Shown here piece after piece: positions 1 through 10,385 of a stretch of DNA of 64,000 nt (the stretch's first letter is position 1; every line of letters begins with the position of its first letter). The notes beneath the pieces are model-generated. The model was not told the origin of the DNA, did no database searches, and was given only the letters and a program-made list of their open reading frames with translations. A program made the position numbers and the translations under genes. Source of the DNA: an uncultured virus (IMG/VR IMGVR_UViG_3300001592_001590) (taxonomy: Duplodnaviria > Heunggongvirae > Uroviricota > Caudoviricetes); IMG/VR virus record IMGVR_UViG_3300001592_001590; one strand, 5' to 3'.

Positions 1-494
1 TCAATGCCGGTGGCGGTCAGGCCGAAAGGCTTGCAGAAAGGTCAGGCCCGAGTAGCCTGCACAAAAATCGTCGTAGGCAATCAGGATGCCCAGACTTTGC
101 CAGGTCTCCAGCGTTTCCTTCAACGCCATCCAGTCTTGGACGGCCTCGCTTTCCGAGATTTCGACCACCAGGCGGTGCAGGGGAACCCACACGCCAGTGC
201 GCTTTGAATGAACTCCGCGGCCAGGGGGCCTTGGTACCCTTCAAACGCTCGAAGGCAGCACATTGACCGTCAAAGCTGCCGCTTTGGCCGCTTCGGGCAA
301 ACTCTTGAACGGCTGCCCACTGGCAGGCCCGGTCGAACTGACGCTTGGCCGCTTCCGGCACTTGGCCGAACACCGCTCCTGCGCTCTCTCCTACCCGCGC
401 CTCGCACCAGTGCTTCGTAAGCGACGGGTTCGCCCAGAGTCACGTCAACGATGGCTTGCATGGCCATGCGATACTCAATTTCATGGGGGGTCAT
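1..494 (-). CDS. EAL-domain (c-di-GMP phosphodiesterase-like) protein, runs off window start, frameshifted
   Basis: Pieces in three frames: MQAIVDV..YEALVRG, FDRACQWAAV, LVVEISESE..IAYDDFCAGYSGL..RPD. AAGGA RBS before ATG 494. Confidence 0.75.
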
Positions 495-573
495 AAGATG
501 TCCTTTTCTAAAACCACGTGTAGCGAGCCACGCTGGTGCATACACAGAGAAGGCACTTCAGAAAAGGACTTTC

Positions 574-798
574 ATGACCTCATCCTCCCCCGCCGCCCCC
601 ACGGAAGAGCTGTCGGCTCTGGCTTTCGACATTCTCGTGAGCGCGGTCAACCTGGCGCGAAACAAGCAGATTCGCACCGTGGCCGTCTTGCGCCAACAGT
701 TGAGCCAGCACTTTCCCAAGGCAAGCACGGAAGACGTGGACCAAGCGCTGCGGTTTTGGGCCCGGCGCAATCGAGAAACCGGCGCTGACGCGCACTGA
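574..798 (+). CDS. hypothetical protein
   Basis: AAGGA RBS, 74-aa ORF, followed by hairpin and T-run at 813-840. Confidence 0.6.
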   Translation: MTSSSPAAPTEELSALAFDILVSAVNLARNKQIRTVAVLRQQLSQHFPKASTEDVDQALRFWARRNRETGADAH

Positions 799-1024
799 CC
801 CCCTTCATTTTTCGGGCTCCTCTCGCAGGAGCCCGTTTTTCGTAGCGCTCAAAGCACAACGCCACCTTGAAGGTGGCGTTGGCTCTGGTACGACAGGGGC
901 TTTACCAGTTTGGGCGCAAGCGCCTAGGGGCACCCCGCGCGATAGCCGGGTCTGGGAGCGGCGGGTCCTGCCGTGTACATAAAGGTGTAGGCACCAGCCA
1001 TCCCGGCCGCGCAACCCTGCGCCC

Positions 1025-1222
1025 TCAGGCGGCCGGCACCAGTGCGGCCAGCTCAGCGTAGGAGGGGAAAGGTTCGCCTTGTTGATAGGCGTCCAGCCAG
1101 CTTCGCAAACGCTCCAGCCCAGGCAGCTGCTCCAGAGCACGCAGTTGCCCGTAGTTGGGGAAAGAGCCGCCTTGGCGGTACGCCGACAGCAAGTTTGAGA
1201 GCAGGTTCATGAGAGGGCCCAT
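1025..1222 (-). CDS. small hypothetical protein with internal duplication
   Basis: LSAYRQGGSFPNYGQLRAL / LDAYQQGEPFPSYAELAAL. CCTACAC motif upstream. Confidence 0.55.
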   Translation of the reverse strand: MGPLMNLLSNLLSAYRQGGSFPNYGQLRALEQLPGLERLRSWLDAYQQGEPFPSYAELAALVPAA

Positions 1223-1301
1223 CAGTTGATGCCCGGTGTAGGCGAACCGTTTAGCCGTCGGTGGTCGCTACAGAGAGCAACTTCTTCACAAAAGGGCTGA
1301 C

Positions 1302-1832
1302 ATGCGACTCTGGACCACCCTTATCCCCCTAACTGCGGCGCTTTTGGTAGCGGGCTGCGCTACCGGAGGTATTTTCAAGAACTACCCCGGTGCGCGGAAT
1401 AACGGAGAGGCTATTACCATTTCCAACTTTGAACTGGAAGACGACCACAACCACTTCTGTGTCTACAAAATCGACATCCAGGTGGACGACATGCCTCAGG
1501 CCGCGCCTCCCTTGTCGAGCACCAAGCCCTATTGCACGCATGCCGTTACGAACAAAGGTGTTTTCGTCAACACTGGAGGTAAGGCAAGCTTTTTCCCCCT
1601 GTTGGACTACGACAAAGTTACTGTTCGCGTCGTTCGAACGCTTGACGGACCAGAAGAGGTTTATGTTCTGCGCCTGAAAGGCGGAATGCTCAATCCACCT
1701 CCCGTAGAAGGAGCCAAAATAAACAGCTTGCGAATAGTTGTTACAGCATCAGGGGTTAGAGCTTATCGATGGGACAGTGGCCCCAAGCACTTCAGCAACC
1801 GGCTTATTGCAGAAACCAATGAGAAGCAATGA
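1302..1832 (+). CDS. putative lipoprotein
   Basis: Signal peptide with lipobox LVAGC. Lower GC than flanks. Confidence 0.7.
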   Translation: MRLWTTLIPLTAALLVAGCATGGIFKNYPGARNNGEAITISNFELEDDHNHFCVYKIDIQVDDMPQAAPPLSSTKPYCTHAVTNKGVFVNTGGKASFFPLLDYDKVTVRVVRTLDGPEEVYVLRLKGGMLNPPPVEGAKINSLRIVVTASGVRAYRWDSGPKHFSNRLIAETNEKQ

Positions 1833-2346
1833 GTGTCGGCTTCTACGCGTTTAAGGGGTAACGGCCCCTTGCTCGAATGAGCCTATCGGCGGGTGCCAGC
1901 ATTACGACCTGGCTGCGTTAGACACTGTAATACGCTTCCTTCAACTTTTACTATTAACGAGGTATTTTTGAAGTCGTTCGTCTCGTCATACGCAGCTCAT
2001 GCCGGTATCCGGTATCGTCGCAAACAGACTTTTTAAGGTCAACAACCACGTGAGGGACGGGATACTCCACCCATTCTTGGCTAATGAGATAAATTTTCAT
2101 TTTTTCTTTTTCTGCCGGGGAAGAATAGGTTTCATACCCGTGGTGTNGAGTCTATATAGCGGATTACGCTGTAGTACAGGTAGGCGCCAAGCCAACTGCA
2201 TCCAGCAATAATTCCAACGAGAATTGCCGTCAATAGCTTTTTCATATGTTGTGCGGAGATAAGGGGGAGGCATTTAGCTTCAGCACGCCTTCTAGGTGCA
2301 CAAAAGCTTGGAAGCACGCCATGCGGTAAACTGTTCTGAACGAGTA

Positions 2347-2790
2347 TTAGAAAGATGGATAACGAGGCGGAAAAACAAACTGGGCCAAGTGGCTCAACGC
2401 ACCAAGCAAACCAACAGCGAGCAATGTGTCGCCGCCTATTTGCCAGCGACTCCACCCGAGCCACCGTCGCTCCCAAAGCTGGTCAGCAAAGGCGGGAATA
2501 ATCAGGTCCAATTCTTTGCAGTACCACGAGAGAAATCCGCCCAGGATGCCTATCAGAAGCAGACTGCTTGAAAGCATGCTGGATGAGCTCTCACTGTGCC
2601 TTCGTAATCCCACTAAAAGCAACAGTACAGCGGTAAGGAACGGACCCAGGAAAAGACCCACACCAGGAGGATGAAAGCTCAGAAAAGGCTCGGGAGTTCT
2701 ACAGATAGGGTTTTGGTAGCCTACGACGGCCCACAGAAGCAAGAAGCTAAGACAAAGCGTAGAGCTAACGTATCGACGAGCCGTTGACAT
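2347..2790 (-). CDS. integral membrane protein (about 4 TM)
   Basis: Four hydrophobic stretches. Start uncertain (2790 or 2823). Confidence 0.5.
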   Translation of the reverse strand: MSTARRYVSSTLCLSFLLLWAVVGYQNPICRTPEPFLSFHPPGVGLFLGPFLTAVLLLLVGLRRHSESSSSMLSSSLLLIGILGGFLSWYCKELDLIIPAFADQLWERRWLGWSRWQIGGDTLLAVGLLGALSHLAQFVFPPRYPSF

Positions 2791-2862
2791 GATTAGTACC
2801 GGAGTTTTCTTGGGTGTAGGCATCTACCAAAAGGCACTCGGGCCACTTCGGCTACCCCAAGA

Positions 2863-2892
2863 AAAAACCCCTTTGCAACAGCAAAGGGGTTT
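2863..2892. terminator. intrinsic terminator
   Basis: AAACCCCTTTGC-AACA-GCAAAGGGGTTT hairpin downstream of the minus-strand operon. Confidence 0.75.
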
Positions 2893-2911
2893 CAGTGAAT
2901 GAGCGTTCTGC

Positions 2912-3808
2912 TTAGGTGGCAGATGCGATGGCCTTAACACCCGACACCAGCCCTTGGTCCGAGCTCATCAAACTCGGCGCCCAACCCGGGCCGCCGATGA
3001 ATGCGAGCCACTGCTCGTAGCTGGTGCCCTCGTCCACACCATAGGGATGCTCTGCCATCCAGCGTGCCAGCTCTTGCGGGCTGGCGAACACGGGGGAGAT
3101 GGGACTGCCTTCGCTGACCGTTTCCCAAATCTGGTAGCCCGGGCCTTCCGGAGGAGGCTCAGGGGTCCAGGCCTCGTACGTCGCCTTGTTCTCCGGTGAG
3201 TCCCACTGGCGGCCTTCGCCTTCACAAGTGCGGCACACGGGGTCGATGCCCAAGCGAGCGCATTCAGCCTTGATGACCACCCAGGCGTTGATGCTGTCGT
3301 GGCCCATGCCCGCCAAGCTCCAGACGTTGACATCGGCCGCCGTGGGCACCACGGCGGGAACCCTCGGCTGCCAGCCTGTCTCGCGCGACCAGGTGTGCGT
3401 GAAGTCCATCAAGCGGCCACCCTCCACCAGCGCGTTCACGTCGTCTTGGTTCAGATGGTGGCACCAACGGGTGTTGAACAAGTCGCACAACCGGCGGGCT
3501 TCCCGCTCAATCGCACGGCTGTCGCTCCCATAGAACGCAGGCGCACGGGACACGTTACGCGTTGCGAACGCCACAATGGCTTCATGGGTGGGCTCAAACG
3601 GCACGCTGCCCCGATTTTCAGGGCGAAAGCCGCTGTCTTTGCCGTACCACCGGTCTTGCATGGCCGCTGCTTGCGGCGAAGAGCCACTGCCTTTGCAGTC
3701 ACTGCAGGTGTGGCAATGGGGCTCGTAGTGCGGGTTGATAAACCCGCGCCAAACCTTGTTGTGAGGCCAAGAGAAATCCAGAGCCACTCGTTTCAGTTCG
3801 CGTCCCAT
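2912..3808 (-). CDS. phage-type hypothetical protein with split CxxCxGxG (DnaJ-like zinc finger) motifs
   Basis: CSDCKGSG and CRTCEGEG; C-terminal GYQIWETVSEGSPISPVF. Confidence 0.7.
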   Translation of the reverse strand: MGRELKRVALDFSWPHNKVWRGFINPHYEPHCHTCSDCKGSGSSPQAAAMQDRWYGKDSGFRPENRGSVPFEPTHEAIVAFATRNVSRAPAFYGSDSRAIEREARRLCDLFNTRWCHHLNQDDVNALVEGGRLMDFTHTWSRETGWQPRVPAVVPTAADVNVWSLAGMGHDSINAWVVIKAECARLGIDPVCRTCEGEGRQWDSPENKATYEAWTPEPPPEGPGYQIWETVSEGSPISPVFASPQELARWMAEHPYGVDEGTSYEQWLAFIGGPGWAPSLMSSDQGLVSGVKAIASAT

Positions 3809-3816
3809 CGTCGTCC

Positions 3817-4044
3817 TTATTCGTAATCGGCCACTTGTTCGTGGCACATGTTAATGTTTTCTGCTCCCACCAGGGCAGTGACCGCGTCCACAAAGCCTTG
3901 GGCCTTGTCGCGGCCCTTGTCGTGGTAGGCGTCGCCATACTCGACCAACTTCACTGCGTCCAGGTAAACCTCCACGCTGGTGTAGTCGCCCAAGAATTGG
4001 GGGTCAGTTCGAAAATAGTGCGTGACAATCTTGAGCTGCTTCAT
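3817..4044 (-). CDS. hypothetical protein
   Basis: 75-aa ORF with AAGGA RBS, co-oriented in operon. Confidence 0.6.
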   Translation of the reverse strand: MKQLKIVTHYFRTDPQFLGDYTSVEVYLDAVKLVEYGDAYHDKGRDKAQGFVDAVTALVGAENINMCHEQVADYE

Positions 4045-4213
4045 TCCGTCCTTTTTAGATTGAGTTGCCTTGTCCTTGTCTAGCGACCGGGCTCAGTTGC
4101 GCTGGCACGCCACACGGGGTGCGCCTCAGACAAAAACACGGCCCGTCGCAAAGGACAGGCCGTGAGGTAAATCAACGCGCGGACACAGAGGCGCCCAGTC
4201 AACTCGAGAGGCG

Positions 4214-4828
4214 TTAGAGCCCCAGCTCTGCAATCAACTGCTCTCGCCCATGCGCGAGCTCTTCCAGCGGCTGCGGGCCTTGAGCAGTCACCATCAACCT
4301 GACTTGTTCATTGCCCACATAACCCCCCACGATGAAGCCAACGCCAGGATGGCGTTGAGCCAATTCGTGAAGCGAGGTCTGCAGACGAGCGGCGGTTGCG
4401 CCAGTGCTCAGCTGCAGGTCGCCCTTGAGCAAAAACTCTGACTCTTCCGGCTCCCACTCCACGTAAGCGGCAAAGCCCACGTGGCGCACCAGAAACTCTT
4501 CCTGATTGGTCAGCCCCTCCAACTCTGCAGCGCGACTCATCGCTTGCGCTCGGGCTTCAACGCCTTGCAATCGTTGGCGCATGAACTGCAGCGCCTGTTC
4601 GTTTTCTTGTTCGGCAGGCCAGTTTTGGTCCGCGAAAAAAGGAAGCTCGCTGGCTTTCTTTTCGTTTCGCTGCAGGGCCAAAAACAACTCTGCCATGGGG
4701 TCTTTTTTGGGCGCCAAGGGTGCCTTGGGCGAGGGGGCCAGTATCAAGAAAGGGTTTCCCCCCGCTTGGGCCAGCCGCTCGGCAAACACGCTCAGGCCGG
4801 AGGCGATTCCAATGGCTTCAAAAAGCAT
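4214..4828 (-). CDS. hypothetical protein
   Basis: 204-aa ORF whose start overlaps the stop of the upstream gene. Confidence 0.6.
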   Translation of the reverse strand: MLFEAIGIASGLSVFAERLAQAGGNPFLILAPSPKAPLAPKKDPMAELFLALQRNEKKASELPFFADQNWPAEQENEQALQFMRQRLQGVEARAQAMSRAAELEGLTNQEEFLVRHVGFAAYVEWEPEESEFLLKGDLQLSTGATAARLQTSLHELAQRHPGVGFIVGGYVGNEQVRLMVTAQGPQPLEELAHGREQLIAELGL

Positions 4829-5487
4829 CAGTCGTCCTCCCCGCCGTATTCGTCATCATCAGCATCGTCGTCTCGCTCGAGCTCTCGGGTGTCGGTCTTG
4901 ACCCCGGCATTCCACGTTGCCTCATAGAAGAACATGTGGCTTTCTTCGTCGAAGGTGGCGACAAACTCCAGCTCAGGAAACTGCTCGGACATGGCCTGGA
5001 GCACAGGCTCGGCCGGGGACCATGCGGTGTCAAACCGAACGCGCCACTCGCCATCGCTGGCGTCCAGCTCTTCGGTGTGGCACGCGTCCCATTTCGTGCC
5101 CCAGTTCTCGATAGACCAGTCGTACCAGTTCTTGACACCGTAGGTGCTGAGGTTGTGGGCATACGTGTCCCCGAGCTTGCGCACGTTGGGGCGGGTAGCG
5201 TCCAGGTACAGCATCAGGGCGTCTCGGTCTGTCACACCCGCTGAGCGGACATCGGGCCAACTGAGGTAGCGGCTGATGTCGCCACCATGGTACACCGCAT
5301 AGCCCAAATCGGCATCAGAGGACGCCTCCACCATCAGGGAGGGAGGCATCGGGATGAAGGCACCGAAGGTGACCGGGGTCTTGCGCCCGGTATCGCTGTC
5401 GAGCACGCTGCTTGCTTTTTCTTTGAACGCGGTCAGCTGGTCAGCTGGACCTGTGACCGTGAGGTGGGTGGTAACCCAATTCGGCAT
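4828..5487 (-). CDS. DUF1281/YubB ferredoxin-like family protein
   Basis: MPNWVTTHL start, NWYDWSIENWGTKWDA, FDTAWSP motifs. AAGGAG RBS. Confidence 0.8.
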   Translation of the reverse strand: MPNWVTTHLTVTGPADQLTAFKEKASSVLDSDTGRKTPVTFGAFIPMPPSLMVEASSDADLGYAVYHGGDISRYLSWPDVRSAGVTDRDALMLYLDATRPNVRKLGDTYAHNLSTYGVKNWYDWSIENWGTKWDACHTEELDASDGEWRVRFDTAWSPAEPVLQAMSEQFPELEFVATFDEESHMFFYEATWNAGVKTDTRELERDDDADDDEYGGEDD

Positions 5488-5571
5488 ATGTTCTCCTTTG
5501 TAGTGGCCTATCCCTGTGTAGGAACGGCACGGACACCCGCAGGAGAAAGCGTTTTCAGGCCTGTTCGTAAA

Positions 5572-5778
5572 TCAAGGGGAGCGCGTTGGCGCGGCGTGCA
5601 CGCAGTAAGCCAACAACCCCGCCAAACAGAGGCTAAAGAAGATGCGCAGAGCCATTAGATTGGTCGTGATAAACGCGCCAAGCCACACGGGCTCTGTGGT
5701 GACACTCGCAATTCGCCATGCCAAGGGGCAAAACACCGATAACGACAGCAACGCCACCCAGAACACAACCGTTTTCAT
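5572..5778 (-). CDS. small membrane protein
   Basis: Two hydrophobic segments, 3 nt after the upstream stop. Confidence 0.45.
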   Translation of the reverse strand: MKTVVFWVALLSLSVFCPLAWRIASVTTEPVWLGAFITTNLMALRIFFSLCLAGLLAYCVHAAPTRSP

Positions 5779-5781
5779 ACG

Positions 5782-6744
5782 TCAGGCCGGGTCGCTGTCG
5801 TACTTGGCGGTTCGGAACAGTTTGCGGAAGGCGCGCGCGGGCAGTTGCGCGTAGTCGGGCTTGACCCTCACTGCGTCACTCAGGGCTTGAGCCAGTGCGG
5901 CTTGAACCGGTTCGTCGTCTTCCAGCTTGCGCAGCTCCCAGCGCACGTCGGCCACGGAGTGCTCTCCAATGCTGTCAAAGAGCAATTCAATGCCAGGGCG
6001 GTCCATCTCGTCAAAGATGTCCGAACCGCTCACGGTTTCGGCCGTTCCCGCGCGAATCTCTTCCACCCGCTCTTGCAGGTCGTCTCGCACTTCCTCTTGA
6101 GCGGCGGGGGCGCCGTGGAACGACAGCTCCCAAAGCACACCGTGCAGCACCTGGCCCAGGTTGACNNCCTCCACGTGGAAAGACTCCAGCTCTTGGCCAT
6201 AGGCACGGGCATCAAAGTCGTCCTCGAATACCCGTACTTCAGGGCGCAGACGAAGGGGCAGGGCCAACAAGTCGCGCACGTCCGTGAGCGAGATACCCCA
6301 CTGGGTGCGCGTGCCCGCTTTTTCGACATAGCCCCCCATGTCACGGTCTTCTTTGAGCTCGTAGCCAATGCCGTGGAAAGACAGCTGGTGGGTGGGCTGA
6401 TAGGTGCGGGTCCCCGAATTGAAGTGCCAGATTTGGTACAGCTCCAGGTACTCAATGCCCTGGGGGTCGTAGCCCGCGACAAACGTGGGGCTCACACCCT
6501 TGCGGGCGTGCTCCAGAAGTTCCTGGCTGAAATCCTGGCGCAGCACCTTGGTCAGAACCGGGTCCGCCTCCAGCAAGCCAAAAATGTCCGCCAGCGTCAC
6601 ACCCTCGGCCAGCGTCACGGTCTCGAAGAGGAATTCATGCGCTCGCTGCGTGACGTCCACCGTCGTGGGAACGCGGCGGCCCTCGTGTTCCGCGGAGAGG
6701 ACAACCGTCAGACGAGGGCCGGGGTTCAAGGTGAGGTCGTGCAT
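5782..6744 (-). CDS. hypothetical protein
   Basis: About 320-aa acidic ORF with typical codon usage. Start uncertain. Confidence 0.65.
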   Translation of the reverse strand: MHDLTLNPGPRLTVVLSAEHEGRRVPTTVDVTQRAHEFLFETVTLAEGVTLADIFGLLEADPVLTKVLRQDFSQELLEHARKGVSPTFVAGYDPQGIEYLELYQIWHFNSGTRTYQPTHQLSFHGIGYELKEDRDMGGYVEKAGTRTQWGISLTDVRDLLALPLRLRPEVRVFEDDFDARAYGQELESFHVEXVNLGQVLHGVLWELSFHGAPAAQEEVRDDLQERVEEIRAGTAETVSGSDIFDEMDRPGIELLFDSIGEHSVADVRWELRKLEDDEPVQAALAQALSDAVRVKPDYAQLPARAFRKLFRTAKYDSDPA

Positions 6745-6892
6745 TTCGGAAAAGGTCTTTCGAGACAGGGCGGACAAAGAGATTCTGTATGTATTGTTTA
6801 AATTTTAGCTCGTTTCAGGCTTTCTGTCAAACAACGGCTTTCTATAATTTTTATTTTGCTCTATAATTTAGACATTAAACGACGAGGATGAC

Positions 6893-8537
6893 ATGCGACA
6901 AGAATTTACGATGGACCCGAACCTTTTGGTTTCCGTCATCAAGTCCCAGGCGGGCAGTCTGAGCAAAGCCATTTTAGAAGGGGTGATGAACAGCATCGAC
7001 GCGCGGGCCTCCCGTGTCGACGTGACCCTGGACGCGCAGGACTTTGTCATCAGTGACAACGGGCAGGGGTTTGCCAACCGAAAGCAAATCGACGACTGGT
7101 TTGGCCGCTTCGGGACACCACACCGAGAAGGCGACGCGATTTACGGTCGCTTTCGCATGGGACGCGGGCAATTGATGGCCTTTGCTTCCACGCGCTGGCG
7201 CAGCGGCCGGTTTCAGATGTCCGTGGACATCGAAGGCCAGGGCATCGGGGTTTGATTTGCTGCAGGACCTGCCCGCGGTCCGGGGCTGCCGCATCGAGGG
7301 GCATCTGTACCACGCCCTCAGCGGCCCTCAGCTGGCGGACGTGCTCACCGAGTTGAGGCAACTGGTGGCGTACGCGCTCAAGCCGGTCTATGTCAACGGC
7401 GAACTGTTTGGCGCGCCTGCGCAGCGACTCAAAAGCTGGACTTTTGAAGATGAACTGGCCTATTACCGGCTGAGCCAAGACCAAGACGAACTTCAGGTTT
7501 ACAACCAAGGAGTTTTTGTGGAGACCATGGGCTCCTGGAAAGTGGGAATGGGCGGGGTGGTCGTGTCCAAGCAAGCGTTGCAGGTCAACTTCGCCCGCAA
7601 TTCCATCCTAGAAAATCGGTGTGGAATTTGGCGGAGCATTGCGCAACGTCTTGAAAGCCTGGTGGTCGGTAAATTGCACGGGGCGCGAAAGCTCAGCGAT
7701 TCTGAACGCAAGTTCTTGGCCCGCCGGCTGGAGCTGCTTCCGGGTATCACGCCCGACTACTTGAGTGCCAAGATACTCACAGACCCTTCGGGGCGGCACA
7801 TCCCTCTCGGGGAGCTCAAGCGTTTCCGGCAATTTGTTTTGGTCGAAGACAACGAAGCGCTTGCGTGCGCCGTGCACGGCGCTCAAGGCACCTTTGTGGC
7901 CACGCCTTCATTGTTGGAGCGCTTTGGGGTGTACACCCTCAGCGACTGGCTTCGTAGGCTACAAGCTGTCCCGGGCCTGCTGCCTTCGACGTACGATGTC
8001 GTGGAGCAGCATCGCCTGTCGGAATGGAGCCTGGGCACGGCGCAGACCCTGTCTGAGCAGGCGCTGCGCCCAAGGCAACACGCTGCGTTTGTCGCCTTGG
8101 GGCAGCTCAATGAAGCGCTGGGGCGGCTGCTCATGGCCCAGGGTGTGAGTGCCCAAGTGCGGGAGCTGCGCCTGGGCCATCACCGCAGCGGAAAATTCGT
8201 GGCGTGGACCGACGGCAAATCGTTCATTTCTGCCAACAAGGCTCATTTGAAGCTTTTTGCCAAAGGCATGGACGGGGTTCACGAATGGCTTTTGACCCTG
8301 GTGCACGAATACATGCACGACACCGACGACAGTGAGTCCCACTCTCATTCGGACGTGTTCTATCGGAAATTTCACGACGTGTCATTTTCAGTGTATTCCG
8401 GTTCGGTGTTTCAATTGATTCACGCGGCGTTGCAGCGGTATGTCGAGGAGCTGCATTTGCGGGGCCTTGGGCGACCTCGTCATTTGGTGCAACAGCTCAA
8501 AGGGGTGTGGGCACCACAGGCGAAGGCGGTTGCCTGA
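6893..8537 (+). CDS. GHKL (HSP90/MORC-like) ATPase with C-terminal HExxH motif, one frameshift near 7250
   Basis: EGVMNSIDA, DNGQG, GRFRMGRG (GHKL motifs I-III) in 6893-7255. Continuation frame ends LVHEYMH..HSH..FY..FH. GAGGA RBS and TATAAT upstream. Confidence 0.8.
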
Positions 8538-8575
8538 GGGCCGATTTGAAGGGGATTATTCAACCCCTCATTTGA

Positions 8576-8896
8576 TTGGAGGATGATTTGTTCCAAAGCG
8601 AAAGCAAACCGTGTCGGATTTGGTGCGCCGGCCGATGCGGGCGAAAGCAGATACTGCCTTCCTTGTTTGTGGACCACCGGTATTCCACCTTTGTTTGCAG
8701 CGAAGAGTGCTCCGCCCGGGTGAGCCCTCCTCGGACCGGGCAACGCAGACAGCTGAAGAAAAACGCGTGTGGCCAATTTTTTGGCCTGGCGTTTGAGTGG
8801 CCCTCCTACGAGGATTTTCAGTTCGACGTCTGGACGCAGAACTTTTTAGGGGCAGCCGCGCTGTACCTGGTGCTTGAAAACGCACGCAATCCTTAA
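8576..8896 (+). CDS. hypothetical Cys-rich protein
   Basis: CAGRC and CSEEC motifs. Start uncertain. Confidence 0.4.
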   Translation: MEDDLFQSESKPCRIWCAGRCGRKQILPSLFVDHRYSTFVCSEECSARVSPPRTGQRRQLKKNACGQFFGLAFEWPSYEDFQFDVWTQNFLGAAALYLVLENARNP

Positions 8897-9018
8897 AGGA
8901 CAAAAGAGGGCTTGCGCCCTCTGATTCTCGCAGGTCTGATACGGCCCGATTTTAAGCCCCGAGACCCGGTGAAAAGTTCAACCGAAGCCCGGGTGCCACG
9001 CCGGGCCAGGACTGGGGG

Positions 9019-9906
9019 TCAGTCCTCGTCGGAGTCCGAGCGGCCGGAGCTGTCTTCGCTCCCCCAGTAGTTGGCGTGTTTGGCTGCGCCGGCTTGGCGC
9101 AGCCCCAGCATATCCAGGTCAAAGATGGCGCGATGTGCCTCGGTGGACGGGTAGCTGCCGCCATAGGACTTCATCTGCGCCCACAACCGCTTCATGTCTT
9201 GCTCCGAAGGCGAAAACACAAAAGCCACGTGGCGAGAGCAGCCCCGGCTCACGTTGTAATAGGGTACGGCCGAGACGGTCAGCGTGGCAGGAGAAGCTGC
9301 GCCTTGCCGACCCCGCGCCGCACGCTCATCCCAGGCCCGCACCCGCGGGTCCTGAGCCAAGACCTCGAGCACACGCTCCAGGTGGTACGCGCCATCGCGA
9401 AGGTTGCCGTTCATGTAGTCAAAGAAGATTGCCGTGGGCAACACCTCACCCTGGCGGTCGAACAGCATGTGCGAGGCATGGTCCAGGGCGAGCAGGTCCT
9501 CAACGTGGGCTTGCCCTGAGCTGAACTTCTCGAAAAGCCCTGCTTCGTGCATCTCGGAGCCGAAGCGTTCGCATGCAGCCACGTAGCCCTCTTGCTGCGC
9601 CAGTTCCCGAAAGCCTTGCGGCGCCAGGGTCAGCTTGCTGAGGGTTTTCAACGTGGTCGTTTTGCCTTGCAGGTATTGCTTGAGCTCCGAAGGCGGGGCC
9701 AGCCCCTCTTGAACGTGTCCTTCATAGCGCGCGGACAAGGAGGGGGGGCAGTTGGGGTCCGGGAACCGAACGCAGTGAGCCAGCCGAAAGACGCACAGGC
9801 GCGGCTCCAGGACCAGCTGCTGGACTTCGCGCTCGACCACGGCCTGCTGCGTCACGCAATCGCGGTGCACCTGGGGAGCGGCTCGTTTTTGGGTGTCGAT
9901 TTTCAA
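9019..9906 (-). CDS. hypothetical protein
   Basis: 295-aa ORF, TTG start with GGAG RBS. Confidence 0.65.
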   Translation of the reverse strand: MKIDTQKRAAPQVHRDCVTQQAVVEREVQQLVLEPRLCVFRLAHCVRFPDPNCPPSLSARYEGHVQEGLAPPSELKQYLQGKTTTLKTLSKLTLAPQGFRELAQQEGYVAACERFGSEMHEAGLFEKFSSGQAHVEDLLALDHASHMLFDRQGEVLPTAIFFDYMNGNLRDGAYHLERVLEVLAQDPRVRAWDERAARGRQGAASPATLTVSAVPYYNVSRGCSRHVAFVFSPSEQDMKRLWAQMKSYGGSYPSTEAHRAIFDLDMLGLRQAGAAKHANYWGSEDSSGRSDSDED

Positions 9907-9984
9907 GGGGACTCCAGAACTGTTTTTTCAATTGAGAAGCTGGTGGCTATAAAAGGCTTTCACCAGCAAATCACACACACGTCA

Positions 9985-10209
9985 ATGGCTACTCCGTCTC
10001 CGTACCCTTTGTCTCTGACACAGGCGCTGAGCCTCGCTTCCCAGAAGGTCGCAGCCCGGTTCGAGCTCCTGATGGCGCTTGAGCCTGAAACGGCCACCCC
10101 GTATCGGCTGGACGTCCGGGTTCGCAACACGCCTCAAAAGCAATCCGTCTGGTTCACCAGTTCTGGGGAAGCCGAAGCCTTCTTGAAAAACCTGGCCACG
10201 CCAGGCTGA
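9985..10209 (+). CDS. hypothetical protein
   Basis: 74-aa ORF MATPSPYPLSL.., divergent from the upstream gene. Confidence 0.5.
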   Translation: MATPSPYPLSLTQALSLASQKVAARFELLMALEPETATPYRLDVRVRNTPQKQSVWFTSSGEAEAFLKNLATPG

Positions 10210-10312
10210 GCGCCTTGCAGCAAGAGGGTAGATTTGAGCCATTCTACCCTAAATTTAAAGTCTAAAGCAAGCGCACCAACGCACCAGGCGCCGACTTCGA
10301 CAATTCTGCCTG

Positions 10313-10342
10313 TTGCGAACAATGAAGCATTGGTGGTACAAT
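10313..10342 (+). promoter_or_regulatory. candidate sigma70 promoter of rep gene
   Basis: TTGCGA-18 nt-TACAAT with TG extension. Confidence 0.5.
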
Positions 10343-10385
10343 CGTCCCATTTCGAGTATGGGCGCTTTGCTGCGTCAAAATTTGC

